From: Octopus vulgaris | Lineage: Eukaryota | Assembly (NCBI GenBank): GCA_951406725.2 | Contig: OX597819.1 | Coordinates: 44,640,001-44,704,000 of the forward strand | Direction: 5' to 3' | DNA: 64,000 nucleotides | In this document: piece after piece, positions 1 to 14,680 of the stretch | Layout: the number at the start of each line of letters is the position of its first letter | Position numbering within the stretch: position 1 is the stretch's first letter | The notes under the pieces: model-generated | The model's database searches: none | What the model was told of the DNA's origin: nothing | The model's input: only the letters and a program-made list of their open reading frames with translations | Position numbers and translations under genes: made by a program

Positions 1-64
1 AGATATGTATAGAATTTCTTCGCAGTCTGTAACAATTAAGATCAACAGACGACTGGCTGACAGT

Positions 65-109
<45 letters not shown>

Positions 110-496
110 TAAGAGTAATAAAACAAAGAAAGAAAAAAAGAAAAAAACAAGAAAGAAGGAATAAAAGAAAAAGAAAAAAAATGGTCAGGTGGAACGAACG
201 ATCTCTTGCATGGGCAGATGGTCTTGGTAGTATTCTTGAACATTTGGGCTTCAGAATATCACGTGTGTGTATATGAGCATAGATACATGTGCGTGTATAC
301 GTATGTGTATGTATGTATGCATGCAGGATGTATCTATGATGCGAGTATGTATGATATATGTATATATATATATGTATGTATGTATATATTTATGATATAT
401 GTATGTGTGCATGTATGTTTGTGTGTATGATGTATGTATATATGTATGATGTATGTATGTAGGTTCGTCAGTACGTAGGTTTACATACATTAACGA

Positions 497-497
<1 letters not shown>

Positions 498-554
<57 letters not shown>

Positions 555-558
555 TTAT

Positions 559-656
<98 letters not shown>

Positions 657-678
657 ATCTATCTATCTATCTATCTTC

Positions 679-742
<64 letters not shown>

Positions 743-771
743 GTATCTTTCTATCTATCTATCTATCTATA

Positions 772-838
<67 letters not shown>
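498..838. repeat. (TATC)n microsatellite; one example of many (TA)n, (CA)n, (TACA)n, (TATC)n and (GA)n tracts in the window
   Basis: Read directly; accounts for the 'IYLSIYLS' ORF. Confidence 0.97.
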
Positions 839-910
839 GTAGCTAGCTAGCTGTTTGCCTGTATGCTTGTCTGTCTGTCAATCTGTCTGTATGCATGTAT
901 AACTTGTGCG

Positions 911-1248
911 TTTTACTTGCTTAAATCATTAGACTGCGCGCATCCTGGATTAGTCAATTAAATCGCTCCCAGAAATTATTCTGCTTATTCTATTATCTCT
1001 TTTGCCAAACCGCTAAAGAGGAACGTAAGCGATTGTATATACACACGTATATACATGTACATATATGTATACAGACACAAGCACACACACACACTTACGC
1101 CCGAACATATGTACAAGCGATGGGCTCTACGCAGTTTCCATCGAATAAATTCTCATATAAGACAATAATGAGGCCAGTGCTATAATAGAATGCATACACA
1201 GTGGAAATGGACCCCAATCCAAGTGGCTGGAAAACGGAATCACTACAG
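911..1248 (-). mobile_element. Degenerate SINE family A copy
   Basis: Patchy reverse-complement match to 2377-2775 (ttttacttg..tcattagactgcg; tctcttttgccaaaccgctaa; cagtttcc; gctataatagaa). Confidence 0.6.
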
Positions 1249-1545
1249 GTGAGTATTGAGCATTAGTGATCCGAGCCTAAAACGATAAATTGAAACATGG
1301 AAAAGTTTGCAGTGGAACGTATTGTAACTGTGATATTTATGCAATGGAGGGTGCTATATCTTGAACTTTTTTAATTAGGTGAAGAACAAATGTATCTGCA
1401 TCGCCCAGACACAACTATTCATATACATACTTACATATATACATTCATATATATGCATACATATATGCACACACAAACACGCGCGCGAATATATATGTAC
1501 GGTATATACACATATATTATATACATAAATACACTATATATATGA

Positions 1546-1582
<37 letters not shown>

Positions 1583-1588
<6 letters not shown>

Positions 1589-2010
1589 TTGTCCGTCAAT
1601 GCGACGAAGACCATCTAGTCATCCTATCTAGTCATCCTGGGGTGGGGTGGGCTTGTTTTGTGAGTCCGCAGATGGCTAGTGAGGCCAGTCTGCGACCGAA
1701 AGCGTCTTTGACAGTGTGAACAGGGAATGGTAGCGCCTGCTACAGGGTTGTTAGCCCTGTTCCTTCTGGCTTGTCTGCGGTTTTCTGCAGCAGCGATCCT
1801 ATTGGTCTCGCATGTGTTGCCACCATTGTGGACAGCTGATCGCCACCCTTCTCTGTCTAGAGCAGACTGCTCCCAAGTGTCATGGTCGATGTTGAAGGCT
1901 TTCAGGGTGTCCTTAAAGCGCTTCTTCTCGCCGCCTTGTGAGCGCTTTCTCTTTTGCAGCTCGCCAAAGAGCAATCATTTTGGTAATAGATCGTCTGACA
2001 TGCGAGCTAC
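1583..2010 (-). mobile_element. RTE-clade (BovB-like) LINE, 5'-truncated 3' fragment
   Basis: Reads VARMSDDRLPK*LLFGELQKRKRSQGGEKKRFKDTLK..W...R..WR, then a C-terminal C2H2 finger CSHC..F......L.SH.RTH; short 3'UTR runs into (TA)n. Confidence 0.85.
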
Positions 2011-2075
2011 GTATGTATACTATATATATATACTTTATATATAAATATTCTATTATATATATGTATATTTTATAC

Positions 2076-2113
<38 letters not shown>

Positions 2114-2182
2114 CTAGATAAATTTCCTCTATTTACATAATATTGAGGTCTCTTTCTTTCTTTTGTTATCTTACCGTTTTAT

Positions 2183-2268
<86 letters not shown>

Positions 2269-2303
2269 ATATACATATATATACATATATATATAAATAT
2301 ATA

Positions 2304-2345
<42 letters not shown>

Positions 2346-2376
2346 TATATATACATATATATATATATACATATAT

Positions 2377-2775
2377 AGGCGCAGGAGTGGCTGTGTGGTA
2401 AGTAGCTTGCTAACCAACCACATGGTTCCGGGTTCAGTCCCACTGCGTGGCATCTTGGGCAAGTGTCTTCTGCTATAGCCCCGGGCCGACCAATGCCTTG
2501 TGAGTGGATTTGGTAGACGGAAACTGAAAGAAGCCTGTCGTATATATATATGTGTTTGTGTGTATGTGTTTGTGTGTCTGTGTTTGTCCCCCTAGCATTG
2601 CTTGACAACCGATGCTGGTGTGTTTATGTCCCCGTTACTTAGCGGTTCTGCAAAAGAGACCGATAGAATAAGTACTGGGCTTACAAAAGAATAAGTCCTG
2701 GGGTCGAGTTGCTCGATTAAAGGCGGTGCTCCAGCATGGCCGCAGTCAAATGACTGAAACAAGTAAAAGAGAAAA
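2377..2775 (+). mobile_element. tRNA-derived SINE family A, full length, with internal (TA)n/(TG)n
   Basis: A box TGGCTGTGTGG, B box GGTTCAGTCCC, 3' tail ggcggtgctccagcatggccgcagtcaaatgactgaaacaagtaaaaga; about ten homologues in the window. Confidence 0.9.
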
Positions 2776-2786
2776 AGAGAAAAAAG

Positions 2787-2829
<43 letters not shown>

Positions 2830-2832
<3 letters not shown>

Positions 2833-2975
2833 CTGGCTGTGTGCTTTGAAACCACACAGCTTCGGGTTCAATCCGACTGCGTGCTACCTCGGGCGAATGC
2901 CTTCTACAACTTCGAACCGACGAAAACCTTGTGGATGGATTTGGTTGATGGAAACTGAAAGAGGCTCGTCGTATG

Positions 2976-3034
<59 letters not shown>

Positions 3035-3235
3035 CTATATGTGTGCATCTCTGTGTCCTATGGTTATCATCCCCACCACCGTTAGACAACCGGTGTTGGC
3101 GTGTCTATGCCCATGTAACTTAGCTTCTCGGCATAAATCACCGATAGAATAAGAGCTACGCTTAAAAACATAAGTCTTAGGGTCGATTTTGTCGACTAAA
3201 ACCATCGAAGACTGTGCACCAGTATGCTGCAGACA
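2830..3235 (+). mobile_element. Degenerate SINE family A copy
   Basis: Colinear similarity to 2377-2775 (tggctgtgtg, gggttcaatcc, ggaaactgaaaga, accgatagaataag). Confidence 0.75.
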
Positions 3236-3714
3236 CCACTAGGGCACTTCGCAATAAACATAATTCAGCAGGTTCCTCATTACCCAGCTTCTGAAGTCAT
3301 ATGCTATGTACACACATACACACACACCACACGCACACACAGACTCGCACACATATAAATACGCATATGTAGATAGATATGTTGATAGATAGATATAGCG
3401 TATATACTTATCATCATAAATCAGTGAATGAGTATATATAACGCTGTATAAAATTTCAATTAATTCATCTGCAATCGATGCTGACCTGTGCACTGTTATG
3501 CAAATTAAGGCAGTACTATTCAATTCTATAAGAAAATATCCACATGCCATTCTTTTTCTGTGATGTCAGAAATCTGAGTAGCCGCTCATAGAAAAAGAAA
3601 TCTTGTTGAAACTATTTATGCCCATGTGTTTGTTATGGTCTTAGAGAAAAAAGGATGTGTTGCGTCACAGAGTATAGTTTCCTCATTGATTTAAAAAAGT
3701 AGTTCGCTAATATA

Positions 3715-3788
<74 letters not shown>

Positions 3789-3859
3789 ATATATATAGTT
3801 GTATATACATTAATTATCGTATATATGTATATATATATATGTATATATATATATTTATA

Positions 3860-3908
<49 letters not shown>

Positions 3909-4204
3909 CATATACATTCAAATATACTTATACGTTCTTGCATATATATGTCGTCAAAGAGAGGGACAGAGAGAGAGACAGAGATAAAGAGAGACAGAGG
4001 CAGAGACAGAGAGGAGTAAAGACAGATAGATAGACAGACAGACAGTCAAACAGGAAGACGCACAGAAAGAATTGTGAAATATTTATGCCACACTGAAATT
4101 GTAGCTGTGTATGTAATTTTGTGGGTGTCTGCATATATATATATATATATACATATATATATACATATACATACATATATATATATATATATTTGCATAT
4201 GTGT

Positions 4205-4249
<45 letters not shown>

Positions 4250-4495
4250 CGCGTGAATGGGTGTGATTATATGAGTGAGTGTTCGCATATTTGAGTAAAA
4301 GAGTGAGTGTTTATGAGGAAAGCAGCTATTTAATTCTTCCCAATTAATTCTTTAGTCGGCGTTTGGAACGACATCAAAGGACATACTTCGATATTTAATG
4401 AATGTGCCATCACTACTGTGTTTGAAAAGTAAAAGACTAATTAGTTTCAGATAATATACATACATGTACCTAAGTGTGTGCTGATATATATATAC

Positions 4496-4538
<43 letters not shown>

Positions 4539-4568
4539 TGTATATATATATGTATATATATACATATA

Positions 4569-4611
<43 letters not shown>

Positions 4612-4738
4612 ATACATGTGTGTGTGTCTGTGTGTACATACATATGGATATATATATGTATGTGTGTATGTATGTTTATGTGTGAGTATTTATATTTATG
4701 AAAATGTACATAGACACACGTAGATACATACATATATT

Positions 4739-4769
<31 letters not shown>

Positions 4770-5198
4770 AATACATATATATAAGCGTAATATATACGCA
4801 GGTGAACTCATGTACACACACATGCAGACTCATGCACAAACATGCACTCTCATAAAAATGTATTTATACGCATATGTATATGTATAATTATGTATACGAT
4901 AATGTATATGTATATATGTGTGTCTGAATATACAATATACATACACACAAAAAACACGCATATACATTTTGTACAAATGTCAATGTGTATATATTCATAC
5001 ATATACACATGGTCATGTATAAGTAGATTGTCACGCATCCATATCGTCAGGCGTGTACAATTATATCACCCACATATGTGCATTTGAAAATATATGTATG
5101 CAGAGAGATTCAAGCTCGCATATTCATATACAATACACACACACGTATAAATATATATACATATGTATATATATGCATATATATATATATATGCATAT

Positions 5199-5249
<51 letters not shown>

Positions 5250-5257
5250 ATATATAT

Positions 5258-5318
<61 letters not shown>

Positions 5319-5741
5319 TATGTATATATGGGCGTGCATACATCTCAAACTTGACGTTCATATATACAATTATAGTATATACGTAAGAGAAAGAGCAACG
5401 TAACCAATATAGATTAATATATATATATATATATATACTTAGAAACATACAGTGTTACACAGAAAGCTATAAAGCACGTGATTTTTACGATGTTCTTTAC
5501 ATATTAATTTCCAGGCCGTCACCCACTATCATAAAATACGTGCCATGTACTCCCAAATGCTTCTCTCACGTTGATATATGAATGAGGATTGGGAAAATTC
5601 ACGGGTGGGTTCAGCTAGTGTTTAATTGGATTTTGTTTCATCATCGTGACGAAATGACATAAGTATGTCACTCGTTTCTGAAAACTTTCACTTACACTAC
5701 GTACAATCGTACGTACAATAGTTCATGCGTACTTACATACA

Positions 5742-5851
<110 letters not shown>

Positions 5852-5898
5852 TGTATGTACGTACGTAATACATACATACACATATACATACATACATT

Positions 5899-5943
<45 letters not shown>

Positions 5944-6056
5944 GCATAGATGCATATATGTACACACTCATACAGACATATCTCTCTCTCCCTATATATA
6001 TGTGTGTGTTTATATAAACATAAACACATACATCAATACATATATATATATACATC

Positions 6057-6115
<59 letters not shown>

Positions 6116-6222
6116 GCACATATATATATATCTACATATTTGTATGTCTATCTTTCTACCTGGCTCTATATGTATATATATATATATATATATGTGTGTG
6201 CGTGTGTGTGTATGTGTGTGTG

Positions 6223-6290
<68 letters not shown>

Positions 6291-6585
6291 CATACTTGTA
6301 AACGTATACATACCTTGTGAAAGGTATCGGTTTGTTTCTGAACTTACATTAACAATAATACTTATTCACTTAGTGCATGGTAACCCCTCACAAAGTGTTT
6401 TTCCTCTCATAGCAAATACGTTTGCGTATATTGAACTAAATTAATTAAGCCCTCTCTTTGCCTTTCAGTGTTTTCTCGAAGTGTCTTGGGATATATTGTC
6501 TGATATAGTGCACGAACGTGTATTGCAATGTGATACAATTTCTAAACGCAGGCACACACATGTATATAACTAATTTCTAACTACT

Positions 6586-6743
<158 letters not shown>

Positions 6744-6869
6744 CCTACAGACAGACACAGAGGTACATATATATGTAGATACACATATATATATGTATAT
6801 ACATATATATGTATTTATATATACATACATATACATATATATATATATTTATATATATATACATACATA

Positions 6870-7007
<138 letters not shown>

Positions 7008-7414
7008 GGAAAGTATGATTTTAAACGATTGTACGACATAATCCACCGTAGTGTCTCATGCTTTAACTACATATATCGTGTTATCTCGTTCCATCTGTCG
7101 ATTGTGTGGTTTGGAGGTTTGTTTCCGAACAGAGTGGTTTCGTTGTCCAAGTGTCTTTTAATATAGCTGACGAATATCTTGGGACTGAATTTCGTTGAGG
7201 AAGACTGTGTGGTATCCTTTCTACTATGTGTCTTTGTTGTTTGTCCACCCACCCGATGCTTGTTTGCGTTCCCTGAAGCCAGCTGTTCATCAAAAAAGTC
7301 TCATAGAGCCTTATTTAAAAATTGTATATGCGATCGAGTTGTCGATCACAATATAAAGATAATTTTAAAATTCAAGTATTCCGCATAATTGAGGTGCCAT
7401 TAAGGAAAAGAATA

Positions 7415-7690
7415 TGCATAGTGTCTGGAAGAAATGCCACGAAGCATTTTGTCTGGCATACTAACAATTCTAGCAGCTCAACGCTTAAGGACATAGATTT
7501 ATTTCAGAAGATTTGGGCAGAAAATTAGCCACATCGACCCCAGTGCTTAATTGGCACTTATTTTAGCGGTACCGAAACGATGAACATTAAAGTTGAACTC
7601 GGCGGAATTTAAACTCAAACCGTAATGACGGACAAAATGCCGCTAAGCATTTTGCCTGGTATGCTAAAGATTCTGCCAGCTCACTGCATT
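7415..7690 (-). mobile_element. SINE family B, one copy plus a partial second head
   Basis: Reverse complement matches gagctggcagaatc..aaatgcttagcgg..gagtt.aaattccgccgag of the 21892-22478 copies. Confidence 0.7.
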
Positions 7691-7772
7691 TCTATATACA
7701 TATACACTAATATATAGTAAGATATGTATATTGGTATATTTGCTTGCATGTATAAATATGTGTGTATATATA

Positions 7773-7849
<77 letters not shown>

Positions 7850-7854
<5 letters not shown>

Positions 7855-8153
7855 CGTGACCGACCGGGTTATCAGATGTTGCTACACATCGCTGGTCACA
7901 AAGCGCTTCGCATTATTTTAGCCTTCAAATAACGCCACCCCGCTGGCTAAGCGAGCAGGCCATCAGAAGAAAGAGTGAGAGCAAGTTGTGGCGAAAGAGT
8001 ACAGCAGGGATCGCCATCACCCCCTGCCGGAGCCTCGTGGAGCTTTAGGTGTTTTCGCTCAATAAGCACTCACAACGCCCGGTCTGGGAATCGAAACCGC
8101 GATCCTATGACCGCGCGCCCGCTGCCCTAACCACTGGGACATTGCGCCTCCAC
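7850..8153 (-). mobile_element. tRNA-derived SINE family C, in (TA)n
   Basis: Minus strand begins ggaggcgcaatgtcccagtggttagggcagcg...ggtttcgattccc (A/B boxes), followed by a ~230-bp GC-richer body; (TA)n on both sides. Confidence 0.8.
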
Positions 8154-8187
8154 TATATATATAGATATGTATATATATATATATATA

Positions 8188-9011
8188 CAAAATGGGACAA
8201 GAACGCAAGACATCCGGATAACTAGGTGATACAAAAAGGGACAACAAAACATCCAGATAGACGATAAAAAAAACACGGACAGGTCATTCGAAGCCTTTAA
8301 TCTTCAGTCAAGAACCGGATCATCGTATGAGTTAGAGGTTGGGAAACCAACCAACTAAGGGATAGTAACTATCCAATATACTGCTGATAGTGTACCCAAT
8401 TATTCATACACAAGTGCTGATTATTGCTTGGCAATCTCGCAATTGAGTCTTGTATATGGGCGGCGGTAAAAAGTGGTTTACCCTTAACTTATCCTCCTTC
8501 TTTCGCCTTCCGACATCAATGAATCCCCCATCCAGCTACTATATTATGCTTAACCATTTACAGTAGATTAGATTCCCTCGCTAGATAGATATATGGTGTA
8601 TATATTTATATTTTTACACTTTTATACTCTTTTACTTTTCTTATGATGTCCTTTAGGATCTTCCTCCCTTAGTCATAATGTTTTAGTTATCGCACTTACT
8701 CACTTATTTACTTGTTTTTAATTTCATTTTGCTCATTTAGTCGCCCATAATGGCCATGGTTTACTTATTTTTTGTCTTGATTTATTTTGATTTTTTGTTT
8801 TATCGGTTAACAACCAACAAACCGGTTGTTTGCTTTTTATTTGCTTTTTTGTGAATTCTCTCCCAATATATATATATATATAGGTAAACAGTAAAAATAA
8901 TTACAGACATGGACAAGAACATGAAACGCCACAGAGACGACACAAGAACCACAGGACGGGACATTCGAAGCCCTCAGTCATCAGTCAAGAACCAGATCAT
9001 CTTAGCAATTT

Positions 9012-9016
<5 letters not shown>
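8188..9016 (-). mobile_element. Cluster of short (TA)n-associated, probably Penelope-like terminal remnants
   Basis: 8190-8326 and 8908-9015 are homologous (ggacaagaac..cattcgaagcc..tc.tcagtcaagaacc.gatcatc) and carry CTGANGA on the minus strand; 8330-8410 resembles 44845-44930 (gggata..tatccaatatactgct..gtacccaa). Confidence 0.45.
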
Positions 9017-9053
<37 letters not shown>

Positions 9054-9110
9054 GTATATACACACACACACACACACACACACGTATGACATTTATATAT
9101 ATGAATACAT

Positions 9111-9320
9111 GTGGAGGCGCGTTACTTAGTGCTTAATGATTTGCACTAGTGATCGTGAGATTGTGGGTTCGATACTTGCGCTGGGCGATGAGCTCTGTCC
9201 AGTCTATTCTGTTGATAAAAATGAGCAATCCTGCATCGAACCGGCACCCCCGTCCATTCGCAGAATATATATGCTACATAATCCAGGAAACCGGCCTTTT
9301 GACTAGGGAAGAAAACTTGG
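9111..9320 (+). mobile_element. Degenerate tRNA-derived SINE, related to 34250-34418
   Basis: Head gtggaggcgcgttacttagtgc..gatcgtgagattgtgggttcgatac with B box. Confidence 0.6.
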
Positions 9321-9414
9321 TTTCTCCGAAACTTATGAGCGCATTTATATATATAAATGTTTAGTTAAATATATTCAATGTGAATATTAATAATAACGAC
9401 AATAACAATGATAA

Positions 9415-9523
<109 letters not shown>

Positions 9524-9535
9524 AAGAAGAAGAAG

Positions 9536-10353
9536 AACGCAAAAGAAATAGACAAGGAAAAATCCCAGCAATGGTTGAGAAGCTCAGGACTCAAAGCAGA
9601 GACAGAGGGATTTTTAATTGCAGCACAAGACCAAAGCCTCCCCACCAGAAATTACCAAAAACATGTAATGAAAAGAAATATAACAAGTAACTGCAGAATA
9701 TGTGGAGATGGACAAGAAAAAATCAATCATATTATCTCTGGCTGCCCAGTCCTGGCTAAGAAGGAATATATTCACAGACATGACAGAGTTGGAACCTACA
9801 TACATTGGAAGCTATGCCAACATTATGGAATAACAACAGAAAAAAGATGGTATAGGCACACACCAGAACAGGTCACAGAAAACGAGAAAGCAACCATACT
9901 CTGGGATATGCCGATACACACAGATAGAGAAATTAAGGCCAACATACCAGATATAGTTGTCAGAGATCATGAAGAAAAAAATGCTTTCTAATTGATGTAT
10001 CAATACCGGCAGATGACAACGTGTCTCTAAAAGAAATGGAGAAACTCTCAAAATACAAAGACCTGGAAATAGAGGTAACCAGAATGTAGAATCTAAAAAC
10101 AGAAACAATTCCTATCATAGTAGGTGCATTAGGCATGATAAAAAAATATTCAGACAAATACATAACAAAACACCAGGACTTACAAACACATATAACATAG
10201 ATAAAATTGCACTACTAGGCACTGCACACATCCTACGCAGAATACTTTCCATTCAATAATCATCAGAGCATCACAACAAATCACAGCACATACCTAAGGC
10301 ACACAGAGCTGCGCTCGGTAGTGAAGTGAAAGCACGCTATAAAACTAAAACTA

Positions 10354-10357
<4 letters not shown>
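9536..10357 (+). mobile_element. R4/Dong-type retrotransposon family A, 5'-truncated, in (TAA)n
   Basis: ETEGFLIAAQDQ, CRIC..HIISGC zinc knuckle, RHD, PD..D and KLSKY RLE motifs; 3'UTR ends ctactga directly into ATAATAAT. Confidence 0.92.
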
Positions 10358-10419
<62 letters not shown>

Positions 10420-13011
10420 TATAATAATAATAATAATGATATATATATATATGTGTGTTTGTGTATGTATGTATATATGTATGTATGTATGAAAATAAAC
10501 CTTATATTAATAATCTACAACAATATATCGGACTGTGATATTGCCCTACTGTAGTTCAAATTGTTGCATACAGACTCACTGCAAACCGTATGCACACCTT
10601 ATTGCCACTTGAATACAAAGAAGAAATTACTATTATGGCAACGTGTAGTTCATACGATCGCGTGACGCATTAACTGAGTTTAGAGAAATTTAACTTTTAA
10701 TGCAATGATCATTCATACTCTCATGTGACCTAATTCATGGACATAATATGTAATTATTTTCCATGCTGTCACATGACATAATACGCAGTTGTTATTCATG
10801 CTCTCACATGACACTTTCATAAGAATATCACTGCTTTCACTTTTTGTGTAACTATCAATCGTAGGATCCTCTGATCACGAGACCACATTAAATCAGACAA
10901 ATTGACCTAAACTAATAGCAACACGAGCCATGATCTCGCCATAAAAGGGAGCACATTTTTAGATTCTAGTCACAGTAGAAGCAAATACTGCATAGGTCCC
11001 GGTCCCTCCCTCACAATCTACTTTTAAAATCCATGAAATTGGAAACCAATTAAATAAACGTCTATAAATCTTTCTAAGGAAATGTAATCATGGGAGCTGT
11101 GCTAAAATATGAAATAGCAATGATATACAGCAAGTTTTGATATAATGAAAATAATCTTAAAAATTTAAGGAAGACGAAACTGTTACAAAAGTCTATCCTG
11201 AAGATGTGGAAGAAATAAATTAAAGTGTTACCTAATTACTTGAATAATATTAATACTTTAATTAACAGCAGTAAAAAAGAAAACAAAACTACATTATTAT
11301 ATTTTAATGTTAGAGTAGTTGTGTAGGTGCAAGTATGGATTATATATCTAACAATAGGATCTTTGGTACGTATGAATAAAGTTATAGCTATATAGAAGTT
11401 ACATATTTCAAATTGCATAAATTTAGTATAGTTTTTGTTATAGATAACTTTCCAGTTATCTTGAATATTTTAGATGGAAGTGTATGCCAAGATAAAATTG
11501 CTTATACTGGTAACAGTACGGACTCCACTGAAGAGTAAAAAATCTGGTTTGCACATATTTTAAAAATAGTATAAACCATCACACCAGCCCTTAAAATCTT
11601 TAATCTATTTGTGCTTGAATAAAATATCGTATTGACCATCTCTGCATATAATCTTGTTTAATCTTCTCAATACAAAGTAAACCTATGACAATCAGTTCTT
11701 AAATAATTTTAACTATGATTAATAGAAATAAATACTCTTATGACGCGAACTGCTAAGTCTATCATCGCATATTGAAATCAAATAGTCATATCTTGAAAAA
11801 TTATAATGGCTTATTTTCAAATGAATATAAGTTTAGATATAATTCTCAAACAAAAATATTGTTACAGGCCATATTAAAATCGACTGAACTCCACTAGCCT
11901 CCAGTATATGCATGCTGAAAATAATTCAGTTGATTACACTTTGTCTAAGGTTAAGGCATATGTGGGAATTTAAAACCGTGTAGTATTTGTACTACTGACA
12001 AGTGTGCAATCTTGTTTGCCAAACAAATGACCTTTACATAATCACAACATGGAACATCTCAAACCACGTCAACGTAAGATATGTAAAGCATATCAGTGTT
12101 ATTCACCAAATATATACGTACAATGTTAAGCACAATGCAGCAACTAGTTGCTTATTATTATATGCATCGTATATTCCTGTCTAACATAAAATATTTTGAA
12201 GCAGCAATTTAAACGCGTAATTAATTAATTATTACTTTCATATAATCTTTTCTTTTATTATGTATAGAAAATACGGCCCGATTCATAAAATGAGCCAAGT
12301 AGCTAATTTACGTCCCCTTACCATCTTAAAAACTCTTTTTTCATTTAACAATTAACGTCTTTTCCTTTCATAAATTATATATGAAAGGTAGTAATTTTCT
12401 CATTTTAATGCTGATACTAAACAGTTATAGTCCATCCTTTCACATTTACACATACACAATTATGCCAGCATCAAAATATAAAGTAATGGACTTGTTCATC
12501 GAACGGACTAATACATTTATTCATTTATTTAAATATTGCTTTCTTTCTTTATTTGTTCACTTGTCAGTATGTTCGACTTGGAAAGGTATATTTCTTACTG
12601 TTTCTTAGATTCATTTATTATATTCAAGGAATTGAATCTAGCGCTATCCTGAGGCATGCTGTTACTATTTACTAACATTTCTTAGTTATTCGTCATTATT
12701 CAAGCTTTAAAAAATCATCAAAGCAACTATTCTGTTGAGTTAGTAGTTGCATAAAGAAAGAGTTCAACATTCTTGAAATTCAGTTGCATTGAGTCAATTA
12801 TATTAACACTAGCTCCATATTCTAAGTCCATTCTAAGTTCAATATACAAACACTTATACACAGCTACACCATACACACATATATGTGTATGCAGATGTGT
12901 ATACATACACGTATATAGATATAAATATGCATATATGTTTGTATATATATACATACATACATGGTCTTATATATATGTATATATATTCACCTTCGCCATA
13001 ATAGATCGCTA

Positions 13012-13602
13012 GCCACTACACATTTTTTCTTTCCTCTTCTTGTTTCTTTCTGTGATGCTTTCTGTGGAAGAGCGTATGCTCGAAACGTTAAAGACTTTTT
13101 CACTTCCCGAGCGTTATACTAATACATCTCTTACTCTTTTACTTGTTTCAGTCATTTGACTGCGGCCATGCTGGAGCCCCGCCTTTAATCGAGCAACTCG
13201 ACCCCGGGACTTATTCTTTTGTAAGCTCAGTACTTAGTCTATCAGTCTCTTTTGCCGAACCGCTAAGTTACGGGGACATAAACACACCAGCATCGGTTGT
13301 CAGGCAATGCTAGGGGGACAAACACAGACACACAAATACACAAACGCATATATATATACATATATACGACGGGCTTCTTTCAGTTTCCGTCTACCAAATC
13401 CACTCACAAGGCTTTGGTCGGCCCGAGGCTATAGTACAAGGCACTTGCTCAAGGTGCTACGCAGTGGGACTAAACCCGGAACCATGCGGCTGGTTAACAA
13501 GCTACTTACCACACAGCCACTCCTGCGCCTATGAGCAGCATCTGTTTGTTATCTACATCACCTGTCTTCGTCTTGTGTTTTTTTTTGTGAATTTTCCCTA
13601 TA
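13012..13602 (+). mobile_element. Penelope-like terminal remnant with decayed minimal hammerhead, split by a SINE A insertion
   Basis: gaagagcgtatgctcgaaacgtt (stem gagc/gctc, then GAAACGT); tail ccgagcgt.a.actaataca shared with 15340-15520 and 17090-17165; resumes at ~13539 after the SINE, with catct on both sides. Confidence 0.5.
13131..13531 (-). mobile_element. SINE family A, full length
   Basis: High-identity reverse complement of 2377-2775. Confidence 0.92.
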
Positions 13603-14259
13603 TATACGCTTTGTACAGCTTTCTTTATTTTCTCATCTCTTCTGGGTGGTGGAATTTCAATACAGCACTTCTACATGTGCTTTTATCCTGGTTGTTAGCT
13701 CATTGGGTGTATGAGGGAGTTTCACACCACTACCCTCATCTGTACTTCATGCCGAGACGTTCTCTGGTATCATGGATCGGGGAATGCCTAGTTCCTTTTT
13801 GGGACATCCACATCCACATCCACATTGCGTAGGTTTCTTAACTTTATTCGCAGATATTGAAGAGATGTAAGCTTTTGAATATTAAGTCATACCTTAAATG
13901 TTGAGACCAGAACCTTTGGTATTACGGAAACGCGTCCAATTCGGGCATTTATGCAACAGACAATATCGAAATTAGGTACCAGCAGTCTCAGAATTTTCTA
14001 TATATAATTACATACTACTTGCTCCTTCGCTTCAGGCAGTAAATTCGTAGTTTATTTTTCCCTGAGCCACTCCTTGTAGTTCATCTGGCTCATTGGTAGT
14101 AACGGTGGATCGCTTCAATCTCCGTTGTTTCAGTTATGTAGTGACTACAGCTGAGAGCATAAATGCAGACAGCTAAAGGCAAATGTTTTCCACAAGGACA
14201 ATAGGACTTTTTGATGTTTTACGTTGCCAATTGTCAGCAATCTGTTGCCATTTTGATAA

Positions 14260-14422
14260 AGACACAAGAGAGGCTGTGTGGTTAGTAGCTTGCTTACCAA
14301 CCACATGGTTCTGGGTTCATTCCCACTACCTGGCACCTTGGGCAAGTGTCTTCTATTATAGCCTCGGGCCAACCAAAGACTTGTGAGTGGATTTGGTAGA
14401 CGGAAACTGAAAGAAGCCCGTC

Positions 14423-14457
<35 letters not shown>

Positions 14458-14680
14458 TGTGTATATGTTTGTGTGTCTGTTTGTTCCCCCAACATTGCTT
14501 GACAACCGATGCTGGTGGGTTTATGTCCCTGTAACTTAGCCGTTCAGCAAAGAGTCCGATATAATAAGTACTACGCTTACAAGGAATAAGTCCTGGGGTC
14601 AATTTGCTCGACTAAAGTCGGTGCTCCAGCATGACCACAGTCAAATGACTGAAATAAGTAAAAAAGTAAAAGAGTAGAAG
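14260..14680 (+). mobile_element. SINE family A, full length
   Basis: Colinear match to 2377-2775. Confidence 0.9.

Noticed and set aside
2377-2460. tRNA-like heads here and at 8080-8153 and 41830-41912
   Set aside because: They continue into multi-copy SINE bodies and lack proper cloverleafs, so they are not tRNA genes.
3551-3599. 14-bp stem hairpin ttctttttctgtga/tcatagaaaaagaa
   Set aside because: Low-complexity arms and single copy; chance is plausible and it is too short for a confident pre-miRNA.
7040-7400. Possible decayed GIY-YIG/Penelope coding remnant
   Set aside because: Similarity too faint to support by eye.
11474-11509. Possible 36-bp phase-symmetric exon (ttttag|ATGG...ACTG|gtaaca)
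   Set aside because: Such signals are common by chance in AT-rich DNA; no recognisable peptide or partner exons.
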